DNA of 63,975 nucleotides, counting the filler, from an uncultured bacterium (GTDB lineage Bacteria; CAYJOG01): assembly GCA_964371695.1 (NCBI GenBank). It is 13 parts of 13 records of this genome, joined end to end, with 100 filler letters (N's around TTAATTAATTAA, not from the genome) between each part and the next. Parts side by side here need not be neighbours in the genome. Positions count along the whole stretch, not along the records: positions 35,109 to 39,943 come from CAYJOG010000256.1; positions 40,044 to 44,860 come from CAYJOG010000257.1; positions 44,961 to 49,774 come from CAYJOG010000258.1; 10 more parts are not named here. One strand, written 5' to 3'. Below are positions 35,593 to 44,996 of the stretch, piece after piece; positions within the stretch are counted from its first letter, which is position 1; the number at the start of each line of letters is the position of its first letter. The position numbers and the translations under genes were made by a program. The notes under the pieces were generated by a model that was given only the letters and a program-made list of their open reading frames with translations, was not told where the DNA came from and did no database searches.

Positions 35593-38403
35593 ATGTCCAA
35601 CACCGCCCACGCCAAACAGGAAGCAGGAGCCAGCCGCGCCATGAACACCAAAGAAAAACCGACCAAAGGCCTTCAGTTCACTCGCCGCTTCAGCAAAGAG
35701 GGCGTTCACCCGTTTGACGAAGTGCCCTGGGAAAAACGGGATGCGGTGATCACCGGCGGCGGCGGCGAAGTGGTGTTCAAACAGACGGGTGTGGAGTTCC
35801 CCACCACCTGGACCCAGCAGGCCACCAACGTGGTGGTGAGCAAATACTTCCGGGGCAAGCTGGGCGCGCCAGAGCGCGAAGGCAGCGTGAAGCAGATGAT
35901 TGGCCGCGTGAGCCGCACCATGGCCGCGTGGGGGCGCTCTGGCGGTTATTTCGCCACCGAGCGCGACGCCAGCATTTTTGAAGACGAACTCACCGCCATT
36001 CTGTTGCAGCAGCGCATGGCGTTTAACAGCCCGGTGTGGTTTAACGTGGGCATTGAGCCGCACCCCCAGTGCAGCGCGTGTTTCATCAACAGCGTGGAAG
36101 ACTCCATGAAAAGCATCATGGAACTGGCCCGCACCGAGGCGCTTTTGTTCAAGGGCGGCAGCGGCGCGGGCAGCAACCTCAGCGCCATCCGCAGCTCCAT
36201 GGAGCACCTGCAGGGCGGCGGCATGGCCAGCGGGCCGGTGAGCTTCATGAAGGGTTTCGACGCTTTCGCGGGGGTCATCAAGAGCGGCGGCAAAACCCGC
36301 CGCGCCGCCAAGATGGTGATCCTGAACGTGGATCACCCCGACGTGGAAGAGTTCATTCACTGCAAGATGAACGAAGAGCAGAAGGCCCACGCGCTGATCG
36401 CCGCCGGTTATGACAACAGCCTGGACGGTCCAGCCTATGGCTCGGTGTTTTTCCAGAACTCCAACAACAGTGTGCGTGTGACCGACGAGTTCATGAAGGC
36501 GTACCTTGAAGGCGGCAACTGGCAACTGCGGGCCGTGACCACCCGCGAGGTGCTGCGCGAAAAAGCCGCCCGCGACCTGATGGACGAAATCGCCGGTGCG
36601 GCGCACCACTGCGGCGACCCCGGCATGCAATACGACACCACCATCAACGACTGGCACACCTGCCCCAATTCGGGCCGCATCAACGCCAGCAACCCGTGCA
36701 GCGAATACATGTTCCTGGACGACACCGCCTGCAACCTCGCCAGCCTGAACCTCATGAAGTTCTACGATTTCGACACCGACTGTTTTGACGTGGAGGCGTA
36801 TCGCCACGCCGTGCGGGTCACCATCACCGCCATGGAAATCATTGTGGACAACGCCAGTTATCCCACCGAAAAAATCGCCGAAAACAGCCACCAATATCGT
36901 CCGCTGGGCATTGGTTACGCCAACCTCGGCTCGCTCCTGATGGCCAAGGGCCTGGCCTATGACAGCGACGAGGCCCGCAACGTGGCCGGCGCACTCACCG
37001 CTGTGCTCACGGGTGAGTCCTATGCCCAGAGCGCCCGCATTGCGGCGGACATGGGGACTTTTGAGGGCTTCACCAAAAACCGCGCCCCCATGCTGCGGGT
37101 GATGGGCAAACACCGCGACGCCGCCCACGTCATCAGCGCGGCGGGCGTGGAGCCGACGCTGCTTCAGGCCGCCCACGACGTGTGGGACGACGTGGTGCAT
37201 CTGGGTGAGGAATACGGCTTTCGCAACAGTCAGGCCAGCGTCATCGCCCCCACGGGCACCATTTCGTTTCTCATGGACTGCGACACCACGGGCATTGAGC
37301 CGGACATCGCCCTGGTGAAGTTCAAGGTGCTGGTGGGCGGCGGTTACATGAACATGGTCAACCGCACCGTGCCCCTGGGCCTGCGCCGACTGGGATACAA
37401 CGATCGCGAGGTGGCCGAGATTTGCGACCACCTTGAAAAAGAAGCCACCATCGAGGGCGCGCCGCACCTCAAAAAAGAACACCTGTCGGTGTTCGACTGC
37501 GCCTTCAAGGCCAAAAACGGCGTGCGCAGCATTCACGCCATGGGCCACCTGCGCATGATGTCGGCCTGCCAGCCCTTTTTGTCGGGGGCCATCAGCAAAA
37601 CCGTGAACATGCCCGAAGACGCTTCGGTGGAAGACATCAAACAGGCCTATGTCGAAGCCTGGCGCATGGGTCTGAAGGCCATCGCTATTTACCGCGACGG
37701 CAGCAAAAAAATCCAGCCCCTTTCCACCGGCAAGTCTGACGACAAAACCGAAACCGTCGCCGAGGCGGTTGCCCCCGCCGGGCCGGTGCGCCGCAAGCTG
37801 CCCGACGAACGCCGCGCCCTCACCCACAAGTTTTCGGTGGCGGGCCACGATGGTTATCTGCACGTGGGGCTTTACGAAGACGGCCACCCCGGCGAAATCT
37901 TCATCCGCATGGCCAAAGAGGGCAGCACCATCAGCGGCCTGATGGACGCCTTCGCCACCTCGGTGAGCATCGCCCTGCAATATGGCGTGCCGCTGGATCT
38001 GCTGGTACACAAGTTCAGCCACATGCGGTTTGAGCCAAGCGGCATGACGCTCAACCCGGAAATCCCCTTCGCCAAGTCCATCACCGACTACATCTTCCGT
38101 TACCTCGCCAGCAAGTTTCTGGGCCGCGAATCCCAGCAGGCCGTGGGAATCCGCATGCGCGAACCCCAGGGCGGCGAAAAATCCCAGGGTGTGCATCACG
38201 AGCCGCTGCCCATGCCCATGCCTTTCAAATTGGTGGAAGGCGCGGGGGCCTCGCATGCGGCAGCTCACCGGCAGGGCATGCACAGCAGCACGTTTGTGAA
38301 CCAGCTCGACGCGCCGGGCTGCAACGTGTGCGGCACCATCATGGTGCGTTCGGGCAGTTGTTACACCTGCCCGGAATGCGGCGCCACGTCGGGCTGCGGA
38401 TAA
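35593..38403 (+). CDS. nrdJ: Class II (B12-dependent) ribonucleotide reductase
   Basis: FNSPVWFN, QCSACFI, RRAAKM, SNPCSEY, APTGTI, YRDGSK, C-terminal TSCPD domain and Zn ribbon. Confidence 0.97.
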   Translation: MSNTAHAKQEAGASRAMNTKEKPTKGLQFTRRFSKEGVHPFDEVPWEKRDAVITGGGGEVVFKQTGVEFPTTWTQQATNVVVSKYFRGKLGAPEREGSVKQMIGRVSRTMAAWGRSGGYFATERDASIFEDELTAILLQQRMAFNSPVWFNVGIEPHPQCSACFINSVEDSMKSIMELARTEALLFKGGSGAGSNLSAIRSSMEHLQGGGMASGPVSFMKGFDAFAGVIKSGGKTRRAAKMVILNVDHPDVEEFIHCKMNEEQKAHALIAAGYDNSLDGPAYGSVFFQNSNNSVRVTDEFMKAYLEGGNWQLRAVTTREVLREKAARDLMDEIAGAAHHCGDPGMQYDTTINDWHTCPNSGRINASNPCSEYMFLDDTACNLASLNLMKFYDFDTDCFDVEAYRHAVRVTITAMEIIVDNASYPTEKIAENSHQYRPLGIGYANLGSLLMAKGLAYDSDEARNVAGALTAVLTGESYAQSARIAADMGTFEGFTKNRAPMLRVMGKHRDAAHVISAAGVEPTLLQAAHDVWDDVVHLGEEYGFRNSQASVIAPTGTISFLMDCDTTGIEPDIALVKFKVLVGGGYMNMVNRTVPLGLRRLGYNDREVAEICDHLEKEATIEGAPHLKKEHLSVFDCAFKAKNGVRSIHAMGHLRMMSACQPFLSGAISKTVNMPEDASVEDIKQAYVEAWRMGLKAIAIYRDGSKKIQPLSTGKSDDKTETVAEAVAPAGPVRRKLPDERRALTHKFSVAGHDGYLHVGLYEDGHPGEIFIRMAKEGSTISGLMDAFATSVSIALQYGVPLDLLVHKFSHMRFEPSGMTLNPEIPFAKSITDYIFRYLASKFLGRESQQAVGIRMREPQGGEKSQGVHHEPLPMPMPFKLVEGAGASHAAAHRQGMHSSTFVNQLDAPGCNVCGTIMVRSGSCYTCPECGATSGCG

Positions 38404-38412
38404 ACGAAAAAA

Positions 38413-39486
38413 TCAGATTTCCGCACCCAGGGCGGACATGTTGGCGCGGTGGCGGGCCATGCAGGCTTCGATGCGCGGCAGGTTGGCTTGGGTCCATTCC
38501 ACGGTGATCTTCAGGCCCTCGGCGTGGGGCGTCTGGGTGCTGAAACCCAGTTCGCGGCTGGCTTTTTCGGTGGCGCCGAACCGTTTGCCGGAGTGATCCC
38601 ACGGCCTGCGGGGCAGGTGCTGGATGCCCCCGGCGTTGCCGGTGAGGGTGTTGAGGCGCTCCGCCAGTTGGGCGATGGTGGTTTCTTCGCCGGTGGCCAA
38701 GTTATACACGTCGCCCGGTGTTCCCTTCAGCGCGCAGGCCATCAGGCCCCGGCAGATGTCTTCGACAAAAATGAAGTCCCGCGTGGCCACGCCGTCGTTT
38801 TCCAGTGGCAGGGGCAACCCCTTCAGCGCCTTGTAAATGAACGTGGGCGTGACGTTGCGCCACACCGTGGCGGGGGTGCCCCGCCAGCGCCCCGCACCCA
38901 GCACTTCGCCGGGGCCATACACGTTCTGAAAACGTGCCCGCACCGTGGGCAAGCCGTGCTGGCGGTGAAAATAAACGGCGTAATACTCGCCCACCAGTTT
39001 GCTGATGGAATAGGGGCTGTCCTGAATGAACGAAGGAGGCGCGTCTTCGGTGGTGGCCTCGGCTTCGTCAAAGGTTTTCACCGCCGCCGCGCAGCCCGCG
39101 CCGGAATACACCAGCTTTTTCAGCCGCTTGAAATCCCGCATGTGGTGCATGAGTTTGAGCGTGGTGAGGGTGTTGTTTTCGTGGTCGGCGATGGGGTCGT
39201 GAATGCTGCTCTGGTTGCCGTGATAGGTGGCCAGGTGAAAGACGTGATCAAAGTCGTCTTCGAGCTGCGACAACACGGCGTCGTGGCTGATGGAGCCGAC
39301 CAGGAACAGCACCCGTTCGTCGCGGGGTACGTTGTCGTGCTGGGCGCTCAACAGGTTGTCCACCACCGTCACGGCGATGTCGGTGTTGTGATCAAGCAAC
39401 AGGCGCACGAGGTTGGAGCCAACAAAGCCCGCGCCGCCCACCACCAGCACTTTCGCGCCGCCAAAGCCGGATTCAAAAGCACTCAT
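38413..39486 (-). CDS. NAD-dependent sugar epimerase/dehydratase (extended SDR, WbmH-like)
   Basis: GGAGFVG, YSISK, NVYGP, RDFIFV.D. Confidence 0.93.
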   Translation of the reverse strand: MSAFESGFGGAKVLVVGGAGFVGSNLVRLLLDHNTDIAVTVVDNLLSAQHDNVPRDERVLFLVGSISHDAVLSQLEDDFDHVFHLATYHGNQSSIHDPIADHENNTLTTLKLMHHMRDFKRLKKLVYSGAGCAAAVKTFDEAEATTEDAPPSFIQDSPYSISKLVGEYYAVYFHRQHGLPTVRARFQNVYGPGEVLGAGRWRGTPATVWRNVTPTFIYKALKGLPLPLENDGVATRDFIFVEDICRGLMACALKGTPGDVYNLATGEETTIAQLAERLNTLTGNAGGIQHLPRRPWDHSGKRFGATEKASRELGFSTQTPHAEGLKITVEWTQANLPRIEACMARHRANMSALGAEI

Positions 39487-39815
39487 GACCGCAGGTGCTC
39501 ACCGCGCAGGTGGGTGTAGGTTTCGGTGAGGCCGAACTTTTCGTAATAGGTCACCGCAGCCTTCACGCCGTCTTCCAGACTGGTGCTGGTTTTCCAGTCA
39601 AAGTCGTGGTTGGTTTCGGTGGGGTCAATCAGAATGGTAGCCACGTCATCGGGCAGGCGGGGGCGGCGGTCTACAGCGGTGTCGTGGGGCAGGTTCATGG
39701 CCTTGAGCGTGGCGAACCAAAGCTCCTCAATGCTGAAATCCGCGCCTCTGGAAATGTGATAAGGACCCTTGCGGCCCTTGCCTTCCAGCTCCTTGATCAC
39801 CACGTCCACCAGGTC
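39483..39815 (-). CDS. 3' part of a second NAD-dependent epimerase; upstream sequence (39795-39943) reads as a ribokinase fragment (probable chimera)
   Basis: DLVDVVI...G.YHIS.G.D.SI.EL...RP..PDD...I..DP...DFDW...SLEDGV..A..YY; ATGA overlap with next gene. Confidence 0.75.
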   Translation of the reverse strand, partial: DLVDVVIKELEGKGRKGPYHISRGADFSIEELWFATLKAMNLPHDTAVDRRPRLPDDVATILIDPTETNHDFDWKTSTSLEDGVKAAVTYYEKFGLTETYTHLRGEHLRS

Positions 39816-40145
39816 CTGCTCCGCCACGGCCCGGGCGGCGTGCTCCGGGAGGAGCCCTTCGTTCGCGCCGGGCACGATGATGATGCGGTTGCTGCCGTCC
39901 GGCTCCACCCAGATGGGTGCCACGCCGCTCGCGCCCGGTACCTNNNNNNNNNNNNNNNNNNNNNNNNNNNNNNNNNNNNNNNNNNNNTTAATTAATTAAN
40001 NNNNNNNNNNNNNNNNNNNNNNNNNNNNNNNNNNNNNNNNNNNTTTTGCCTTTGAATAAACCCCTCACCCCAACCCTCTCCCTCAAGGGGAGAGGGGGCA
40101 GGAGGCGTTCTGTTATTTGCTCAACGGAGGCGACGAGAAAAAAAC

Positions 40146-40805
40146 GTGCACAAACTTCTTCAAACTGAACCAATTGAGCGGAAACCCCGTCAGGGCTACC
40201 ACCTCAGGCTGAACCGTTTTTTGCCTCGCACCCGCGTGGAAGGCCCCGGTGAGCGGGCCTGCCTGTGGGTGCAGGGGTGCCCCATCCGTTGCGCCGGTTG
40301 CGCCGTGCCCGACACATGGCCTGCCCGTGGTGGTGAAAATATTTCTACCGCTGCGCTCCTTGCGCGCATTCTGAATGAACCGGGCCTGGAGGGCGTCACC
40401 TTTCTGGGGGGCGAGCCCTTTGCCCAGGCCGCCGCCCTGGCGCATCTGGGGGCGGGCGTGCAAAAAGCCGGTCTGGGGGTGCTCACCTTCAGCGGTTACA
40501 CCGAGGCGGAACTTTTTGCTTCGCACCGGGCCGACTGGCGGGCGCTGCTGTCTGTCACCGACCTATTAATCGCCGGGCGATTTGAACAAAACCAACTGGA
40601 TCTTTCCCGTCCCTGGACCGGCTCGGCCAACCAGACCTGGCGCTTCCTCACGCCCCGTTATGAACACCTGCAAAAACCCGCCGCCGGGCCGGCGAACCGT
40701 GTGGAGGTGCGCGTGGGGCCGGGGGGCGAGGTGGCGCTGAACGGTCTGGCCGGGCCGGTGGACTGGTTGGGGCTTCAAAAGGCCCTGGCCCGCGACGGCT
40801 GTTAG
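40146..40805 (+). CDS. NrdG-like small radical SAM protein (RNR-activase family)
   Basis: EGPG.R...WVQGC..RC.GC, GVTFLGGEPF.Q, FSGYT, GS.NQ; true start uncertain. Confidence 0.88.
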   Translation: MHKLLQTEPIERKPRQGYHLRLNRFLPRTRVEGPGERACLWVQGCPIRCAGCAVPDTWPARGGENISTAALLARILNEPGLEGVTFLGGEPFAQAAALAHLGAGVQKAGLGVLTFSGYTEAELFASHRADWRALLSVTDLLIAGRFEQNQLDLSRPWTGSANQTWRFLTPRYEHLQKPAAGPANRVEVRVGPGGEVALNGLAGPVDWLGLQKALARDGC

Positions 40806-40844
40806 GCCATTGCTGTCCGGCTTATAAAACATAAGGTTTTTTGA

Positions 40845-40985
40845 GGTAGCCCCGGCGTCCCGCCGGGAGTGTCAGACGCGCTCTGGGCGCGCACCATTCA
40901 GATTGCTCTTCATACTTCCCTGAAAAAACCCTGTCTGGTGACGCCTTCGGCGTTTTTTTACTCCCGGCGGGACGCCGGGGCTACC
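40845..40985. repeat. GTAG-type REP doublet with internal hairpins
   Basis: GTAGccccggcgtcccgccggga...tcccggcgggacgccggggCTAC; homolog at 33225-33358. Confidence 0.8.
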
Positions 40986-41022
40986 CATAAACCTGAGGGC
41001 AATGGGCTGCTAGACTCTTTCC

Positions 41023-41829
41023 ATGCCCATCAAAATCGGTCCTCTCTCATTGCGCACACCGGCGGATGACGCTCTGGAACTGGCGGTGGTGGGCGGCGGG
41101 GGCACGGCCTGCATGGCGCTGTTTCTCACCGTGGGTTCGGCGGAGTTTTTTGAACAGCATCTGGCCCGGAACTTTGACGAACTGGAAGACGCACACCTGA
41201 AGGCCCTGCTGCCGGAGATCTACGAAAACCTCATGGGTTTTGTGTGTCTGTTCGTGTTGCCTGAAACCCTCAGCCGCGTGGCGTTGGGGCGGGATGGCCG
41301 GGACTATGGCCTGAAGGCAGGGCGTGTGCCCGACGCCGCCGTGGTGGCAGCCGTGGGCAGCGCCCTGGCGTGGCTGGCGGGCAGCGGGTCGGGCGACATT
41401 CCCGAACTGGCCGCTTATTACCCCAAGGTGGAGGCCATCAGCGAAAGCGCCGAGGCCATGGCCCTGTGGCAAGCCAGCCGAGTGTTTTATTACATCGGCT
41501 GGGAGCATTTTTTTCGCGGCTGGATGCTGCACGGCCTGTCGCGGCCCCTGGGGTTTGCGGGGGCCAACCTGTTCCAGACCATGGCCAGCGTGCTGATGCA
41601 CATCGGCTGCCCGCCCCAGGAGCTGTGGGGCAGCCTGCCCTATGGCCTGTTGGCGGGGGGCCTCAGCCGCCACACCGGCGCCACCTGGCCCCTGATGGTG
41701 CTGCATTTTGTGCTGGGGCTATCCAACGACCTTTCCACCTCGGCCGCCCGGCGAAACGAGAAAACCGAAACCCCCGAAAACACTGTGCCCTTGTTCGGCC
41801 CCCGCCGCAAAAAACAGGCGGCGAAATAA
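41023..41829 (+). CDS. CPBP (Abi/CAAX protease-like) intramembrane metalloprotease
   Basis: WEHFFRG, ...LMH, W....LH....ND motifs with TM helices. Confidence 0.82.
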   Translation: MPIKIGPLSLRTPADDALELAVVGGGGTACMALFLTVGSAEFFEQHLARNFDELEDAHLKALLPEIYENLMGFVCLFVLPETLSRVALGRDGRDYGLKAGRVPDAAVVAAVGSALAWLAGSGSGDIPELAAYYPKVEAISESAEAMALWQASRVFYYIGWEHFFRGWMLHGLSRPLGFAGANLFQTMASVLMHIGCPPQELWGSLPYGLLAGGLSRHTGATWPLMVLHFVLGLSNDLSTSAARRNEKTETPENTVPLFGPRRKKQAAK

Positions 41830-41877
41830 TTTCCAGAAAGAAATCTGAAGAAGAAAGCAGGAAAAAGTTAAAGCCCC

Positions 41878-42021
41878 CATCGTTCCCTCCCCCCTCTGGG
41901 GGGAGGGTGGTCCGCAGGACCGGGTGAGGGGCAAAACAAAAAACCAAATAATGATTTTTGCTTTTCGTTTAACCCCTCACCCGGCGCTTTGCGCCACCCT
42001 CTCCCCGTAAAGGGGAGAGGG
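41878..42021. repeat. CCCTCACCC/GGGAGAGGG palindromic doublet with AT-rich spacer
   Basis: Arms are near-exact reverse complements of 50793-50944; single units at 40061-40098, 48389-48428, 61784-61821; variant doublet 61591-61757. Confidence 0.85.
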
Positions 42022-42058
42022 GACAAAGGTCTCCTTTCCACCTTCCAACCTCCAACTT

Positions 42059-43099
42059 ATGTCCCACTGCCCCGTGCCCATTCACCGTTACAGCCACGTG
42101 TTGCTGGCCCACGGCAGCGGAGGCCTGCTGAGTCGCCAGCTCATCGAAGACATCATCGCGCCGCGCCTGAGCAACGAGGCCCTCGCCCCGCTGGAAGACG
42201 CCGCCCGCCTGCCCGCGCTGTCTGGCCCCCCCATGCTTTCCATGGACGGCTACACCGTGTCGCCCTGGGCTTTTCCGGGGGGCGACATCGGCTCACTGGC
42301 CGTGAGCGGCTCGGTGAACGACATGGTGATGTCCGGCGGCCAGCCCGTGGCCCTCACCGCAGCGTTCATTCTGGAAGAAGGTTTTGCAGTGGACGACCTG
42401 TGCAGCGTGCTGGACAGCATGGCCCGCGAGGCCGCGCAGGTGGGCATTGCCGTGGTGGCGGGCGACACCAAGGTGGTGCCCCGTGGCCAGTGCGGTGGCA
42501 TTTTCATCAGCACCACCTGTCTGGGCCAAGCCCTGCCCCAGGCCATGACTTATCCCCGTCCTCCCCAGGTGGGCGATGTGCTGCTGGTGAGCGGCCCCCT
42601 GGCGCGCCACGGCGTGGCCATCGCGGCGGCCCGTCAGACCCAGGAAGGGCCGCCCCCCGCCTGGGCCGCCAGCGACGCCGCCAGCCTGCACAGGCCCGCT
42701 CTGGCGCTGCACCAGGAAGTGGCCTCACTGCGTTTCATGCGCGACCCCACACGGGGCGGCTTCGCCGCCGTGATGCACGAGTGGGCCGCCAAGTGGCGGG
42801 TGACTTTTGAGATGGAAGAATCCCGCCTGCCCCTGCGCGAAGAAGAAACCGCCTTTTGCCGGGCCTTGGGTCTGGAGCCGCTGCACCTGGCCTGTGAAGG
42901 GGTGCTGATGGCTGTGGTGGGACAACAGGAAGCCGAACTGGCGCTGGGGATTCTGGCGCAGTTTGAAACCACATGCGGTGCGGTGGCCTGCGGCGAGGTG
43001 ACAGACGTGGCGCGGGGCGAAGTGGTGATGAGAACTCCCCTGGGGGCCAGGCGTTTTCTGGACGCTCCCATGGGCGAAATCGTGCCCAGGATTTGTTGA
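42059..43099 (+). CDS. hypE: Hydrogenase maturation carbamoyl dehydratase HypE
   Basis: LAHGSGG, FPGGDIG.LAV.G.VND, GDTKVV, RDPTRGG, terminal PRIC. Confidence 0.96.
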   Translation: MSHCPVPIHRYSHVLLAHGSGGLLSRQLIEDIIAPRLSNEALAPLEDAARLPALSGPPMLSMDGYTVSPWAFPGGDIGSLAVSGSVNDMVMSGGQPVALTAAFILEEGFAVDDLCSVLDSMAREAAQVGIAVVAGDTKVVPRGQCGGIFISTTCLGQALPQAMTYPRPPQVGDVLLVSGPLARHGVAIAAARQTQEGPPPAWAASDAASLHRPALALHQEVASLRFMRDPTRGGFAAVMHEWAAKWRVTFEMEESRLPLREEETAFCRALGLEPLHLACEGVLMAVVGQQEAELALGILAQFETTCGAVACGEVTDVARGEVVMRTPLGARRFLDAPMGEIVPRIC

Positions 43100-43117
43100 G
43101 GCGCTACAGAGCCGGAT

Positions 43118-44554
43118 TTACTCCAGCCCCAGCTCGGCCTTGATTTTTTCGATGACCGCCAAGACTTCCGGGTCGTTCACCTTGTGCATTTTGGCGTGGG
43201 ACTTCTGGATGGAGGAATGGTCGGTGTTGAAATACTCCCCAATGCCCGCCAGGGGCAACTGGGTGTGGTTCCGGCACAGGTACATGGCGATGTGGCGGGC
43301 GAGCACCAGCATTTTGGGGGTGCGGCGTTTGGATTTGATGGCCGTCACGGTCACGCCGCAGGTCTCGGCGGTTTTGACGATGATTTCCTCGCAGGTCACC
43401 TTTTGTGTCTTGAGGGAAGATGAAACGGCGGTGTCGGTGAGGTATTTCTCCACCACCGCTTCCATGTCGGTCTGGTCCATGAGGTCCGCGTGGGCGTGGA
43501 TCTGGTTGAGGGCCGAAATGAGATCCCGCACGTTGGTCTTGATGCCCTGGGCCAGACGCTCCAGCACGCCCTTGGGCGTGGCCAGCCCCAGCCAGGCGGC
43601 GCGGTGCTGCAAAATGGCCAGACGGGTTTCAAAGTCCGGCGCGTCAATGGACACCGTGAGGCCGCCCGCAAGGCGCGTGGTGAGGCGGGTGTGGAAACCC
43701 TCCAGCTTGCGGGGGTCCGTGTCAGAGGCCACCACAATCTGGCTGCCCGAGGTCATGAGTTCGTTGAAGGTGTGAAACAGCTCCTCCGCCGTGGCTTCGC
43801 GGCCTGCAATCTGTTCGATGTCGTCCACAATGAACACGTCGCAGTTGCGGTATTTCTGGCGGAACTGGCTGGTGGGTTTGCCGTGGCGGAACATGTCCAC
43901 AAACTCGGCCATGAACTGTTCGGAGTTGAGCAGGCGCACCACCTTGCCGGGGTGTAGTTCCGTCACCCGGTGGGCGATGGCGTGCAGCAGGTGGGTTTTG
44001 CCCAGTCCGGGATTGCAATAAACGTAGAGCGGGTTGTAGATCTGCCCCTGGCCGGGTTTTTCCGCCACCGCCAGACTGGCGGCGTGGGCCATGCGGCTGG
44101 CCTTGCCCACAATGAAATTCTCAAAGGTGTAGTGGGGGTTGAGCGCGCGCTGCAGGTCGCTGGCAGCCTGATCCCCACTGGCGGAATGCGCCAAACCGGA
44201 TTCCTGATCAACTTTCTTTTTCACCCTGGGCATGGGCGCGGCTGCTTCTGCGGACAGGGGCGCAGAAGCAGGTTGAAAAACCGGCAGAGTCTGCTGCCCC
44301 GGCAGACCATCCACTTTGGTCACCATCACCACCAGGTTGTTCTTCTCCAACAGTTCCTGGAGCGCCTGCCTCAGAGTGAGCATCAGTTTTTCCGAAAGAT
44401 AAAGCCGCGAAGACTCCTTGGGAGTCCCCAGCACCACTTCGTCGTTTCGAAGCTCCACCACACTTAACTGGGCCACATGGCTGCCGAACACACGTTCGGT
44501 CACCAGGGGTTTGAGGGCGGCGATGAGCTGATGGGTCAAAGACAGGTTATCCAT
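43118..44554 (-). CDS. dnaA: Chromosomal replication initiator DnaA (divergent)
   Basis: LNP.YTFENF, YNPL, GLGKTHL, DDI, EELFHTFN, PD.ETR.AIL, N.R.L, AR.IAMYL; GGAGG RBS. Confidence 0.9.
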   Translation of the reverse strand: MDNLSLTHQLIAALKPLVTERVFGSHVAQLSVVELRNDEVVLGTPKESSRLYLSEKLMLTLRQALQELLEKNNLVVMVTKVDGLPGQQTLPVFQPASAPLSAEAAAPMPRVKKKVDQESGLAHSASGDQAASDLQRALNPHYTFENFIVGKASRMAHAASLAVAEKPGQGQIYNPLYVYCNPGLGKTHLLHAIAHRVTELHPGKVVRLLNSEQFMAEFVDMFRHGKPTSQFRQKYRNCDVFIVDDIEQIAGREATAEELFHTFNELMTSGSQIVVASDTDPRKLEGFHTRLTTRLAGGLTVSIDAPDFETRLAILQHRAAWLGLATPKGVLERLAQGIKTNVRDLISALNQIHAHADLMDQTDMEAVVEKYLTDTAVSSSLKTQKVTCEEIIVKTAETCGVTVTAIKSKRRTPKMLVLARHIAMYLCRNHTQLPLAGIGEYFNTDHSSIQKSHAKMHKVNDPEVLAVIEKIKAELGLE

Positions 44555-44996
44555 GGAGGTTGGGTGACACCTTACCTTTCGTCCGGTCCTGGGGCCGGTG
44601 AAGAACGTTGTTTGGATGGGGGGGCCGTGGCCCGTGGAAGTGGTTTTTACAGCTTGCCGAAGAAGGGTTCAAGGGAGATTCCGCCAATTATGTTCGCTTG
44701 ACTTTTCATTTTGTCCGGCGTGTTAGGTTTTCTTGAAGTTCCCATTCTGATGCACTCGTCAGTGGAAGAAAAAAACTTTTTTCGCACCGGGCGCAGGGGT
44801 TACTCCTTCACAAAAAAGGCGACGCCCGTTTTGGCGAAATCATTCAGAACAGGCATGAAANNNNNNNNNNNNNNNNNNNNNNNNNNNNNNNNNNNNNNNN
44901 NNNNTTAATTAATTAANNNNNNNNNNNNNNNNNNNNNNNNNNNNNNNNNNNNNNNNNNNNCTGGCCCGTCAGATACACCACCGGCTCGCGGCGGGA

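Noticed and set aside
35533..38283. Long antisense ORFs (e.g. 916 aa opposite nrdJ, 644 aa opposite the kinase, 556 aa opposite REC3, N-terminal extension of coaBC ORF to 63728)
   Set aside because: Shadow ORFs from high GC3 codon bias opposite well-supported genes
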